Source of the DNA: Tubulanus polymorphus
Lineage: Eukaryota; Animalia; Nemertea
Reading direction: 5' to 3'
DNA length: 64,000 nt
Assembly (NCBI RefSeq): GCF_964204645.1
Contig: NC_134033.1
Coordinates: forward strand, 7,882,655 to 7,946,654
Shown here: positions 34,573 to 48,474 of the stretch, in pieces
Layout: every line of letters starts with the position of its first letter
How positions within the stretch are numbered: the stretch's first letter is position 1
Translations under genes and position numbers: made by a program
The notes under the pieces: model-generated
Database searches by the model: none
What the model saw: only the letters and a program-made list of their open reading frames with translations
Told to the model about the DNA's origin: nothing

Positions 34573-37559
34573 TTTATCCCTGGCGATTTAGGCACAATGA
34601 TCCAACATAAGCCCCGATAAAAACAGGAGAGACGGACAGTAGAAGGAAACACAATATTTCGGGGAATTTTGTAAGGATAATCCAACCGGGTGCAAGCATT
34701 GTCTTCATAGGATGATCCAATACATGTTTAGCAAAACTATTTTCGGTCCTTTTCGTGAAGAATGGTCGACGTCGGAAATCCGGAACAGAGCGAAGAGAGT
34801 GAGACTTAACTACTTGGAATACCAAAACTGGAACTGATTTATTTTTACACACAAACTATTTATATACATTGAGATACGAGACACGGTGGAGACATGGAAA
34901 ATGATACAAAAACAAAGGTGATGAGCAGTGACATGACAGGGAGACAAACAACAATTAACGCATTAAACACAGACAAACTGTCTCAAGAAACAAAGAGCTA
35001 TTACACGTAAACATAAATATTAAAGGAATATAGAATATAGATGAAATATAAACAACAATTATCATGGACATTTAGTGTTGTTAAACATGATGGTCTATCC
35101 TTGGAGTTATTACTCTAAGGTCCGTCGGTTCCCGAATTTCCACGTATAGATGAATACTTTTTAAAAGTGAAGTCGCAGAGATAAATCTAGGGAAAGGGGC
35201 TCAAGTCCATTATAGCATTAAATAGTTCCAACAGAGACTAATCACATCGGACTGGTATCCGAAATTAATCTGCCAATTACGGACTGACTGAATCTTACGA
35301 AATTACGCTATAGGACATACGGACATACCGGCATACCGACATTCCGACGTACCGACGAACCGACGTACCGACGAACTGATATACCGATATACCGACAAAC
35401 CCGTGCGTGTATTACCCTTATATATATAAAGTATAGTTGGGATCGAGGGGCTGGGTGACGTGGATTACCCGTGACTAGATCGAGGGACTATGAGTATGTC
35501 GGTTTGTTGGTATGTCAGTAGAAAAATGCAAAGTTCGTAGCCAAATTATTCCATCATAGGACATTAACGTTGGATTGCATGTTACGAATTCTCGAATTTC
35601 CCCAGGTACTCGTACGTATTAACAAGGTTCGTAGTTCAAATTGCTAAATTAAGGTTAACTCATTAAAAAACTTGACTTTATTTCTAATGCATAAATCTGA
35701 TATTTTCCCGCCCCAGAAATTTTGCCGTATTTGTCAGAAATTATCCTTAAAAAACATCACAGTTCTTAACGATTGCTCGCAATATTACACATGAAAAGAC
35801 ACTAAAATAACGGTATATCTGAATAGAAACTTAATCTACCTACCATTTTGAAAACCGCATATACGAAAAATACGCATCCTGATGTAGAAATTATGACATC
35901 ATTTGACACATCCTGATCTTTAATTTAAATCTTCTGAGTAGTTGATGCATCAAAATTGACGAGTAATTCAATGGCAGACCCAAGGCCTAATATGACGCAT
36001 TCAATGGCGAGTTCATACAAAGGTAGAAGGGGGGATCGAGGGGTTCGGATGGACCCCCTCTTTGGTGAATGCCCTTGCTAAAATTTATGACGTCTGAAAA
36101 TTTTCACTAGTCGTCCCAATCAATCACAAACGTATAGAATGGCACACTTTCACAGGACGAGGCAGATAAAGTAGAGGGCACATTCAGTCGTCCATCAATA
36201 CAGAAAAAAACAAGAGAGGGCGTTTTTAGTCGTTTTTAATCAATACCTAAAGAAGGAAAGTGTATATTTCTACAAGACGAGGCAGATATGTTTCAACAAA
36301 AAGGTTCACCATTCTTCAGGATTTCATCTTTATTGCTATGAAACTACATCTTAATGCAGTTAATTTCCTAGAAAGCTCAATTTGCATCAGGACTTCACTT
36401 ATTGCTTGGAAATTGCATCAAAAAGCAGTTAATTTTCAAAAAATGTATTGGGGAGAACCCCCAGACCCGTTCGTTTTTCGTGGATATAATGCCCTTTTTT
36501 ACAAGTCGTCCCGTGTCCCAACTTGTCAAAACTCGAAAAGAAAAACAGTGAGAGGATTTTGACGTTTCAAATTAGATGGTGATAATGAGTCATTTTCAAA
36601 CACTTTAAAATGAGCATTGAGTTGACGCGAAAATCCGAAAATCATCAAACGACTCCGAGTCGTTTGATAATTTTCGTACGATCATTTTCTAACATCTACG
36701 TATCCTATGGCATTGGATAGTTGTAAGATTCCTTTTCTCATTCAGATGCTTCGTCTAAACTAGCTTGTTGAACCTGGATTTCGATGGACGCGGGTTTGAT
36801 GAACGCGTGCGTTCGTAGTGAGTTACAGCTACTTCGGTAGGACTCCACCATTTTTAGTTCAGCAGAGCACTTCCGCCAGCCAAATCTTATTCATTTGACA
36901 AAACGATCATCAATAAGTAGGTGATGATGCCCATAGGTGATGATACTTCATACCCTAACGAATGGAGAGATCGTTTAAAACTTCAGTGAATTATGATTTA
37001 TTACCACAGAACAATATAAAACTCAATTAACACGGTTCAAAGTATCTGCGAAGTTAAAGAAATGAATGAATTTGAATTTCAACACGTATTTAACAAATTG
37101 ATTGGCGCGTTTCTTTACTTTTAGCCCAAAACGAATTATACGCACCCAGCAAAATAAAAGACGCACATGCCATTCCGTATGTCATTGAAAAGGTTTAAAA
37201 AGCTCAACACCCGACTAGAAATCATATACACTCTGAGCAGCGAATTACACCCAAAAAATCCTTTATCACATAGATATCTATCCGTTATGGTGCTGGGTAT
37301 GCGTAATGGTACTGAATTCATATGTTACGGTACTGAAATTATACCTTACTGTATCGAATTTAATAAGGGGCAAAATAAAAAAGAGTGAAATAAAACGTAG
37401 TTCTCATTATACAGTATTCGGTTTTCCGCAGAAAAATAGCAACGTTGGGATGGTTGGGATGCTTCAGGGGTCCTTTTATATATTGAGAGTGAACAACATA
37501 CAAAAAATTGATGTTAATGAAAATCAATATTATATTGTAAAAATACATTGATAAATATA

Positions 37560-40500
37560 ATAAATCACATCATGAAAAATCTGCAAATCATTAAAAAAAA
37601 ATGTTATAGATTTTGAAACTCCAGAAAATTCCAATGAAAGAAAAGAACGATTAGAAAATATTAATGTGGATGAAATATAATGTGAAGTTTGTAATGAATT
37701 TATAGTAAAAAGGAATTATATAAGACATCTCGAATCACAAAAACACAAACAAAATTTAAATAAAAATATTCTAGGAACAGAATATTTTGATGATAAACCT
37801 CAACAAGTAAAAAAACCAGTTTCAAAAACTAAAAATCTATTTCAAATAAACCTTATATGGAAAATGTAAGAAATTATATCGATTCACTAGAAATAAAAGA
37901 TACAATTGAAATTTTAGAAACATTACGTAGTAAAATTGGTCCTGCAGCTATTATATTTAGATTTTTTAAAGGTACAACAATAGAAGATTATAGTAAATTT
38001 ATTGAAATAATGGAAAAAATAATGGATTTTGTAACAGATGTTGAATACCCAAAAATTAGTTTCTCTGGAAAAGTCAGTTTTATAAAGTCAAAAGAAAAAA
38101 TTGGATTATAACATTCAAACACATTCTGAAGAAATAATTTCAAAAACACAAATAAAAGAGTTATAAGATAAAAGTTATAAAAGATATTTAATGAATTTAA
38201 ACGTCATATTGAGGAAAGATATTTTGAGGGTTCTGGTTGAACATTGAATGAAATCATATTTTTAGATTTAAATATTTATTATACAAAAAGAAATAAAGCA
38301 TCAAAAAGTAATAAAATGTTTGAAAATGATTCAAACTTTACAACAGAACAGGATAAAGCATAAAGTTATATTAAATTACCATTGACAACAAAAGCAGTAA
38401 TAAATGTTCAAAATGAAGATAATAAGTTCTTCTATGGTCAATTATTAGTTGTTAACACCCAACAGAAGATATTACGCATCGTTTTAGATTAACAGATTAT
38501 CGGAAATATGAAACATAATACAAAATGGATCAATATCCAGTAACTACAAAAATGATTCCTAAAATAGAAAAAGTAAATAATTTAGAAATAAATGTTTTCG
38601 AATTAATGCAATTACCAGAGACAAAAGGTGAAAATATTAAAGATTATACATTAGAAGCTTTATATTTAACAGAATATTATGATGATGAAAATGTTATGGA
38701 TTTGTTATATTACAAAGAACATGAAAATGAACATTTTATGTGGTTAAAACAAATAGATCTATTCTTTAGAACAGAAAGTGATCACCATAATAAAATTTAT
38801 CTATGTAGAAAATGTTTATCGAAATTCATGACTGAGAATGCATTATTAAAACATAAAGAATTATGTGATAATAAAGATTTTTGTAAATTAATAATGCCAA
38901 CAAAAAAAGATTGTAAGTTGAAATTTATTAATCATAAATTTAAAAATATAGTACCATTTGTAATTTATGGGGATTTTGAATCGTTGAATAAAGAATTAAC
39001 TGATCAAGATAGAAAAGAAATATATAACAAAATGCAATTTTTAAAATCAATGGATAAAGGAAATGAATTAAATGAAGAGATAATTCAAGACCCACCAATC
39101 ATGAATACAATTAAAAAGTTCATCAAAGAGCTTCTGCTTATGGAATTTATATAAAATCAAATTATCCTGAATTATATGAAAGTCAATATATTTCTTTTAG
39201 AGGTAAAGATGTAGTAAATTAATTTTGTAATAATATGATTGAATTAGAAAGTGATTTTGCAAAATTATTAAACAAAAATAAAAGAATAGTTATGACAAAA
39301 GAAGATGAAATTGATTTTAATTATGCAACTCATTGTTGTTACTGTGAAAACGTTTTTATTCATTTGATAAAAAAGTTTCAGATCGTGATCATTTAAATTC
39401 AATATATCGTGGAGCTGCTCGTGAAGATTGTAATTTACAAACTAAAAAAGTAAATTTCGTACCAATATTATTTCATAATTTATCAGGTTATGATACGCAT
39501 CTATTTATAAAACAATTATCAGGAAAATTAGGCGCAATTAATCAAGAAATAGAAGAATATAATTCTATAAATGATTTAAATGTAAGAACATATAATTTTA
39601 AACTATTAGCTAAAACATCTGATAATTATATTTCATTTCAATTTGGTTGCATTAGATTTTTAGATTCTTATAGATTTTTAGCAAGTTCATTAGATGATTT
39701 AGCAAAAAGTTTAGTTGATAATGATTTTATAATAACTCGACATTATTATCCAAATGAACAAGATTTTAAATTATTGAGATATAAAGGTGCAATTCCTTAT
39801 TCATTTTATAAAACACACAATGATTTTAATGTAAAAGAATTATTAAAAGAACAATTTGATGATCAATTAAAAGAGGAGTATGTGAAAGATGAAGTTTTTA
39901 ATAGAACATTAAATATTTGGAATCACTTTAAGATAAAAAATCACGGTGAATTAGTAGATTTATACTTAAAATCAGATGTTATGATATTAATAATTACTGG
40001 CTGATATATTTGAAAAATTTAGAGAAGTTAATTTAAATAATTTTAATGTTGATCCTTGTTATTGCTACTCTACCTGGTTTAACCTGGCAATGTGGTTTAA
40101 AATATACAAATGTAGAATTAGATTTATTAAAAGAACCAGACATGGTTTTATTATTTGAAAAATCAATTAGAGGTGGAATTAGTGGGGTCATGGGAGGTAT
40201 TTTAAAGCAAATGATGAATATTATTATATATTGACGCCAATAATTCGTATGGTTGGGCAATGATGCAACCTCAACCATATAAAAATTTTATATTAACAGA
40301 AGTTGAAAATGATGATAAAACTGATTGGGAAAGTGCAATTATGGGTTTAAAAGATGAAGCACCAATTGGTTATTTCTTTGTAGTTGATTAAGAATATCCT
40401 GATAACAAAAAGTTTAAAATAAGAAACTTACCATATTTCCCAGAACATTTAGCCGTAGATGATAGTTATTTAAGTGAATACAAAAAAAAAATAAAACCGA

Positions 40501-40718
40501 AAGATCATGTTTTTACAGAAAAATTAATACTAACACAAAATAATAAATATAAGTATATTGTTCATTATAGAATTTTAACATTTTATCTAAAACAAGGAAT
40601 AAAATAAAAGAAAGTACATAGATATATTGAATTTAATCAAACGAGTGGTTAGAAAAATATATAAATTTCAACTCAACAGAGAACCTTATCAAAACAGATT
40701 TTGAAAAAGATTTTTTTA
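37560..40718 (+). pseudogene. Polinton-type pPolB, N-terminal part (zinc finger, terminal-protein region, exonuclease, endonuclease VII-like insert, motif A), heavily disrupted
   Basis: CEVC..RHLESQKH, EGSG, SYIKLP..KAVINVQNEDNK, IYGDFES, DH....YRGAA...CNL, FHNLSGYDTHLFIKQL, FLDSYRF, KGAIPY, YLKSDV, SIRGGIS, YIDANNSYGWAM; ends at KTDFEKDFF. Confidence 0.9.
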
Positions 40719-40791
40719 ATAAGATAAAAATCCTGTATTTACAGATTAAAAGAATTTAAAAACACGAATTTATTTGTTCAATCTAAATATA

Positions 40792-40838
40792 AGACACGAC
40801 GTTTCGATCTCACCCTATAGAGATCATCGTCAGGTCTG
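40792..40838 (-). ncRNA. Candidate minimal hammerhead ribozyme of a Penelope-like element
   Basis: Minus strand: CUGACGA-U-GAUCUC(UAUAGGGU)GAGAUC-GAAAC-GUC; stem I is weak; AATAAA follows downstream. Confidence 0.6.
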
Positions 40839-40940
40839 AAGCATAATTTGAGGAGTATTAATTGTGTTTTATGTACCGTATGTAAATAAAATTAGCAGTT
40901 ATGAATTTGTAATTGATGAGTTGTTTGTGGTTGTTTCATG

Positions 40941-41280
40941 AGGCCTTTTTATGAACCAGCAAAATCGAAATAGATAAGCTATTTAGATTATATAGCCGAT
41001 TAGTGTCAATTAGCATAACCGGGTATGTTGGTTGATAAAAACGCCAGGTAGAAATTATTCAATTATGGCCTACTCAGCAGCGACTTCTACCGAGAACACC
41101 ATATCGGTTGGATTAGATAATCGGCATACTTGCTCGCCGAGCGAGTAGGCCTATGCTGAGTATGCTAATCGATTATGATAACCAATGTTCATAAAAATGA
41201 CGGATTATGACATAATCCATGCTGATAAAAACGTTTTGCATACTCGGAAATATACTAATCGAGTGTTCATAAAAAGGCCT
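40941..41280. mobile_element. MITE
   Basis: TIR AGGCCTTTTTATGAAC; ATG on both flanks. Confidence 0.75.
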
Positions 41281-41696
41281 ATGAAAATCGGGGGGATTAT
41301 CTACACCCGGTAACTTGTTTGGTTCATCCTCGCTTGCCAGAGGTCCGGTATCACTCCCGAACTCGCGGAACAGCTTAAGCGTAGTGGGTTCGAATCCCTT
41401 GACGGGTGAAGATGTGTTTGGTTGGGAATGTGAATTATGAATACGGAGAGGAGGTGCCCCCTTGTTGTTGTCTCTTCATTTTTTGTGTGGTGTCTGGTGT
41501 TTGTCACCGTAATGTTGTTTGCCATTTTTCGAAAGAACGGGTGTTTAATTACTGGTTGAAATTGTATCATTGGCGGCTTTTCGTTGCGCCTGCTGGACAC
41601 CCGCTTCACATGATGATGATAGTCGGACGGTTTTTGGTGGTAATTAGTGTGACATCATGACACCGTGTTCGTTTTTCGTGATTCCATTGGATTGAT

Positions 41697-44162
41697 GTCT
41701 GTCTGCAGAGTTTCCAGAACCTGTCATGTCAGGTCTTAAGACCTGACATGACAGGTCTGACCTGTCATGTCAGGTCCCGAAAAAACCCAAACTCATGACA
41801 ATATTTGACGAAACGGCGAAATATCTAGACGTGCTAGACGAATGGAAGAACATTTTGAGTTGAATGAATATTCTGACCCGTCGTTAATATCGAAAATGAT
41901 TCAACAATAACGATAAGGAAAATGTTCTGACAAATAATTCATTTGAAAGGTTGATTTATAAGAAGAAAATATTTATGTGTAAACTATGACTTATTTCTGT
42001 ATTTAAGGGAAAAAAATAAGTTTTAATTTAGTAGATGAATTAATTAATGTAGAAGTAAGAGCACATTATAAGAGAATATTTTCGCTAGATGAATCGAGGT
42101 CTTGATATTTCGTTTCCGCAATAAGACACTGAAAATTATCTGCTCATTATATCACAGTTCGGCAACACTCCTCACTGTCATCAGTCATGAAGTCTCACTA
42201 TTTATATTCATTGTCTTTATGATGTACATGTAAAAGAGCCGAATGCAATATAGAAACTGATTTTATTGAGACTGATTTTAAATCTACTCATCAATTTAAA
42301 GCATGAAGTTTTTTTTCAATTTATACCAGTTTTAATGCAGACCTGTCACCTCAGGTCCCGAGAAGCTCTGCAAAATGGCGCGAGCTGCCGTGTGAGGTCT
42401 CACTTCATAATTATTGTTTTATAGTAACTTAAGATTACCTATATCCATGGTTAGCAATTTATATTATACTCTTTACTATAAAGAGACCATAAAAAATAAA
42501 GTTTTCCTTCATTTCATCAGTTTTAATGCAGACCTGTCACCACAGGTCCCGAGAAGCTCTGCAAAATGGCGCGAGCTGCCGTGTGAGGTCTCGCTTCATA
42601 ATTATTGTTTTATAGTAACTTAAGATTAACTATATCCATGTTTAGCAATCTATATTATACTCTTTACTATAAAGAGACCATAAAAATTAAAGTTTTCCTT
42701 CATTTCATCAGTTTTAATGCAGACCTGTCACCACAGGTCCCGAAGGCTCTGCAAAATGGCGCGAGCTGCCGTGTGAGGTCTCGCTTCAAAATTATTGTTT
42801 TATAGTAACTTAAGATTACCTATATCCATGGTTAGCAATTTATATTATATTCATTACTATAAAGATACCATAAAAAGTGAAGTTTTTTCCATTTCATCAG
42901 TTTTAATGCAGACCTGTCACCACAGGTCCCGAAGACTCTGCAAAATGGCGCGAGCTGCCGTGTGAGGTCTTGCTTCAAAATTATTGTTTTATAGTAACTT
43001 AAGATTACCTATATCCATGGTTAGCAATTTATATTATATTCATTGCTATAAAGAGACCATAAAAATTAAAGTTTTCCTTCATTTCATCAGTTTTAATGCA
43101 GACCTGTCACCACAGGTCCCGAGAAGCTCTGCAAAATGGTGCGAGCTGCCGTGTGAGGTCTCGCTTCATAATTATTGTTTTATAGTAACTTAAGATTAAC
43201 TATGTCCATGTTTAGCAATCTATATTATACTCTTTACTATAAAAAGACCATAAAAATTAAAGTTTTCCTTCATTTCATCAGTTTTAATGCAGACCTGTCA
43301 CCACAGGTCCCGAAGGCTCTGCAAAATGGCGCGAGCTGCCGTGTGAGGTCTCGCTTCAAAATTATTGTTTTATAGTAACTTAAGATTACCTATATCCATG
43401 GTTAGCAATTTATATTATATTCATTACTATAAAGATACCATAAAAAGTGAAGTTTTTTCCATTTCATCAGTTTTAATGCAGACCTGTCACCTCAGGTCCC
43501 GAAGCTCTGCAAAATGGCACGCGTTGCCGTGTGAGGCCTCACTAATTAATCAGTGTCATGTCTAATTTATCTATGTCAACTTATAAGCTTGGACTGAAAT
43601 GTTTTTAAATTGTATGTACACTTGGTTAATTAATTATATTGCGAGTAATTAATAATAATATATAATAATATAGGGCCTAATCTTAATGAGTATAATGATT
43701 GTTATTAATACTGATTATGATTACATAAGGCACTACTGGTATCATTTTGCCTGATCTTGATATTTTTATGTTTCGTGTTACAAAAAAATAAATTAATTGT
43801 AAACAATTCGTTCAATGTTCTCCAATAATTCACAATCATTCCATCTTTATTATTATAAGGCGATATAGTTCAACAACTTTTTATAAACGGACAAACATAA
43901 ATTCTTAAATGAATTTATAACACATCATAGTTTGTTTTTTGTTTTTGAATAATATATTCAGAAAGCACTACGATATGTTCTTTGTGTTCTTATCGGCTAT
44001 GATTTGTTGTAAATCCGCGCCTATCATATCTTCTAATCGCCTATCATCGGTTCAGTCATAACGATTTTCATTTTAGCGAATCGACCTGTCACCTGAGGTC
44101 CCACCTGTCATGTCAGGTCTTGGGCCCTGACATGACAGGTTCTGGAAACTCTGCAGACAGAC
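41697..44162. mobile_element. Non-autonomous TIR DNA transposon carrying an internal satellite
   Basis: Perfect TIR GTCTGTCTGCAGAGTTTCCAGAACCTGTCATGTCAGG; subterminal ACCTGTCATGTCAGGT repeats. Confidence 0.85.
42327..43545. repeat. 190-bp tandem repeat, ~6.4 copies, with a 570-bp higher-order period
   Basis: CAGTTTTAATGCAGACCTGTCACC at ~42327, 42518, 42708, 42898, 43088, 43278, 43468. Confidence 0.92.
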
Positions 44163-44377
44163 CTAAATGTTCCATTGACGGATTAGTTTGGGTTGTTGTG
44201 GTTTCTAAGTTGTCTATTACTTTGACAAAAATCGTCGGCTGTTGGAGTAATTAATGCAAAGGCACCAATGCAAATTATAGTGGAGGTAATTAATTGGACG
44301 GTGGGTTGATATAAGTTTTGTAAACGTGGGCCGGCGGAAGGTATAAACTATTGCCGTATTGCCATTGGTTGGTACGG

Positions 44378-45895
44378 CTAATGTCTATTTCAACCTGACT
44401 TGAGAGCATTTCGGGTGGCCTAGCTCACTAATTTTTGGTAGTACATACCTGATAAAAATCTTTATAGGACCAGAAAGGACAGGCAGTCGACCTAAATCAT
44501 CATTTTTTAATCCATTTGAAACTGTATTGAAGGATATCCAAAAAGTCTTCACTACTGAAAGGGGTTGAAATTGTATTGCTATTAAATTTAACCGAGTTTA
44601 CGTATTTGAAGTCAAAATTTTTTATAAGAAAAAGAATATGTAAAATATGACTCTAGAAGGTATTTATTACTGATATAGCATGATTTCAAGTGTTAAAATC
44701 GATAAGGAATAAATAAATATGCTATATTTCATTTCATCTCCAGATATGAGAATTCCCCGCGGATCCGCGGTTTCCCGCGGATTTCAGTATTGAAAAATAT
44801 CAATTTTCCAAATAGTCCAAAAATGATGTAAAAGTATGGGGGGGGGGGGTTGATGATCTCACTCAATTGGTCCAGCTCGATCGGTAATCAGGTAAGTGCC
44901 TGTTTTATTTATCGTCACGTAAAAGTATTGTATTTCAATGCATATTCATTGCAACACAGCGATTTTGTATGTACATTTGTACTACGATAAGTGTGTATGT
45001 ATTTTATCGATCGGTTGCAGACACGCACGCACAGCAACCGTAGTAACGTATATAGGTCTACTTACTGTTGCTGCGTGTGTGTGGCGAACGCCTTTGGATA
45101 TTATACACTACTTGGTGATGATTTTTAGTGAGCATTCATCGGCGCATTTTTACTGCAATAATTCAGGGCTCGACCCGTAATGCATGAGATGCTGAATGTC
45201 ATCAAATGAGGATCTACCACATTGGAACTAGCCATTACCTTCCAAAATATAATAGTTGTTCATGGGTTCAAGATCGCTCTAAGTGCTCGGAAAACGTATT
45301 TAATTTCTAAAATTTTCTTGGGGGAGTGCCCCCAAACCTCCCGAAATAGCTTCGCGCCTTCGCTAGTGCTGACGGCTACGCCGTCAGCTGGTTCGCTATG
45401 TCACTCAAGAAAAATAACCCGCGGATTTTACAGGTCAGCGTTCTCATCCCTGATCTCGGTTAATCTCGGTAAAATACATCATCTCGGTAATAAGGATGAC
45501 CCTAAATCACAGGGGTTTGGCGATGGGCTTGGATTAAAGCCAATAAAATCCAAGCCCATCGCCAAACCCCTGTGGGTTAAATGAAGAGAAGTGACTCCAT
45601 GATTTGAAAGTTTAACAATATGTTTCCATGCCTACGTATCAAATTTCAGTTGGTAGGCATGGAGACATATTGTTAAACTTTCAAATCATGGAGTCTCTTT
45701 TCTCTCAGGAACCCCTCTCAATGCAGATTTTTTGGATATCCTTCAATACAGTTTCAAATGGATTAAAAAGTGATTATTTAGGTCGACTGCCAATGCATTC
45801 TGGTCCTAATAAGACTTTTATCAGGTATGTACCACCAAAACTGACTGAGCTAGGCCATCCTGTATGCTCTCAAGTCAGGTTGAAATAGACATTAG
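44378..45895. mobile_element. Non-autonomous DNA transposon with long (~165 bp) TIRs and nested hairpins
   Basis: CTAATGTCTATTTCAACCTGACTTGAGAGCAT and its reverse complement at the ends; palindromes at ~45508-45575 and ~45585-45705. Confidence 0.8.
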
Positions 45896-45943
45896 TCTGA
45901 ATACCAGTCGTTGTTACGGTTCCGTACAACGGCTGACGCTAAA

Positions 45944-47638
45944 CAGGGGCGGATCCAGACCGTATTAGCCGTATTGCCCAATACGGTCTCGAATTTTTAA
46001 GTGCCTTTCGAAATTTCACCGGCAATATTTTTGACGGCATTATTTCAGCAACCGCGAATTCCGTGTCCGTAATCCGGGCATAATTATAAAATTAATCGGT
46101 ATATACTGCTGCCGAAAAAGTGAGGAGAGATAATCATATTTGTAAAGCCTTTTATCATGATATATTAAAAAGGGCACTTTCCTTTTGCAAGGGGCACTCT
46201 AGTCAGTAACCTGTCTGTGGTTTAGTTTCACGATCGGATATTTTCACAAACCACAGTCAGGAATGGGAAGGTCATTTTTGTATGAAATCTTCGTCAGCCA
46301 ATTTGACTGACGAGTAATTTGCATGGCATTTCATTGTCTCTTAAGATATCCGTCTAATTTTTGTTGTAATCGACGCACAACAGATTCGTAGTTTGTCTGA
46401 TACCTATAACACCTCACCTGACGATCTTAATCCATGTGCAAATCGGCCGTAAAGTGAGAGTAAATTTCCGTCCAGTCAACAGCTGCCATTTTGAAAATTA
46501 CTGGAGGTGCTGGCACCTGTGGACTGAGGCCAGGACAACAGCACAAACTAACGAAGCGAAACGACGAAATTAAAAAAAATTAAGAAATCAACACTTATTC
46601 ACATTTTTCTTTTACCAGAAATTTATTATTTCATTATTTGTTATGGAAAACACGAAGATTTGAAATATAAGTTGGAAAACCATCAAAAATAAAAATTGTT
46701 GTTTCGTCTTGGAAGTTTTATATAAATCCTTGTAGGCCTAGGTCTCCTTGTCTTATCATGCCACATGTGCAATACAGAGAAATGGCGGCCAATGGCGAAA
46801 TTTGTGGAGAAATTAATTAATTTCTCAAAATAATGTTGATTAATCATTCGAAACATACATGAAATTGGATTATTTCGAAAGGTACCTGTGTTTGTGAATT
46901 AAGCCATTAATTGTGGACTGAAGTGAATAGAAAGTATATTTTTGAAGTGTTACTTTTTTCAACCGTGTTTTGGTCCTTGTCATCCCTAACGTTAGTATAA
47001 GCCCATCCGATTATAAAAAGCTTACCACCAACGATTAGGTAACTAACTAGGGGCACTCATGCTTTAGATGAGGGCACCTTGTCCTTGCCTTTTCAGGGAG
47101 GGCTTAAGGGGCACTCGTACTTTAGAAGAGGGCACTATACGCGGAAAATGTTGAAGAAAAGGGCACTTTTTTGCCTAATTTTTAAAATTTTAGCGGCACT
47201 TTTGGTTTGGAAGGTGGCACACGACATAAGGATAAATGTGAAGACAAGGCAATTTTTGCCGATTGTTAACAATGAAGTGGCACTTAGCCATATTCTGTAT
47301 AATTGTTAAGGGGCACTTTTAAAGATTATAGGGGCACTAGGCGAAGTTGGCGACAACCATTCTTTCATGGGTTTGCCAGCTTCATTTTTTATCCGCATCT
47401 GTTCAAATCTTGTCTCGAATTCGTTTATTCTGGATTGCTCTGCTAGCCTCTAGAAGCCCTATAAAAGCCTTTAAATGGTACCATATTTTCAAAATTTTCT
47501 GGGGGTGGGACCCCCCTCTAAGGACTTCGCGCCTTCGGCGCTCGCATTGACCTGGATACTGGGTGTGCCCTAAGATCAGAAAGGTGCCCTTAAATTTCCT
47601 TCCAATACTGTCTACCCATCCCCCTGGATCCGCCCCTG
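45944..47638. mobile_element. CAGGGGCGGATCCAG-ended non-autonomous DNA transposon with 5-bp TSD
   Basis: 15-bp TIR; CTAAA on both flanks; internal GGGCACT repeats. Confidence 0.8.
46200..47049 (+). mobile_element. ~850-bp MITE with 9-bp TSD (MULE-like), nested copy
   Basis: Ends TAGTCAGTAACCT / AGGTAACTAACTA; GGGGCACTC duplicated on both flanks. Confidence 0.85.
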
Positions 47639-48027
47639 CTAAAGTATCATATAGAGGTTAACTCCTGTTAATTGCAATGCAACAACTGATTTTAGTGTCA
47701 AATCAAACCTGTGTACTAAAATAAATTAGTTACCTTGTGTTTTATGATAAAATTTTTGATGATTTAAATCGCGAACCGGAGAATTTATTGATTTGATTTG
47801 AATTGATTGCCACTATCGGGATTTCCAATACGGACTACATTAATAAAATATAAAAATTCAATGTCTCTCTAAAATTACTCTAAATGTTATTTTTTGTTGA
47901 TAAAACGCATAAATTTTGGTAAATTTTAACCTTAATAATTTGAAACCAGAATAATATCTGGATTGCCATTGGCACCAAGTTTAAGTTCGAATCCGTAATT
48001 TACACTCCCATCATGCACCACGAAAAG

Positions 48028-48182
48028 CCGCCATATTTGTTATGTTGCTTTACTTCAACTGTTTTTTGAGGCGACTAGTCCAAAGTTTTGAGCTACTACG
48101 ATCGTCAAAAGCTACTTAGGATTACAATTTTATGCACAAACAATAGTTAACTTCCATCTGATTACAGAACAGTCAGTTTGAG
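48028..48182 (+). promoter_or_regulatory. Possible TMTC4 promoter and non-coding first exon
   Basis: YY1-like GCCGCCATATT motif followed by a consensus donor GAG|GTAAGT; the first coding exon has an acceptor just before its ATG, so an upstream exon is expected. Confidence 0.35.
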
Positions 48183-48474
48183 GTAAGTTGATGGTGTTTT
48201 AAGGGGTGAAATAGACGCTCAAAGCCTCGTCCCTCAAAATGAGGGACGAAAATTAACCTTATATGAGCACTTTCGCCCTAGACGTTGTTTCAGGAACAAC
48301 GGCTAGGTACTAGACTATTGGTACGGCCATCCTGACCCAAGCGGGAAACCACAGGGACTTGTCACAATTAATAGTGAATGAATAAAACTGGCCCAAGTTC
48401 GTTATAAGTCGAAAATAGTGCCAGTATAAATGCGCATGTGCTTCGCCCAATGGTAAAGTACATATATAGTATAA

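Noticed and set aside
41370-41410. tRNA-like GGTTCGAATCC B-box
   Set aside because: No complete cloverleaf or clear A-box; at most a SINE remnant
42327-43545. Regular repeats resembling a CRISPR array, with repeated 66-69 aa ORFs
   Set aside because: Whole 190-bp units repeat with no unique spacers, no cas genes, eukaryotic context
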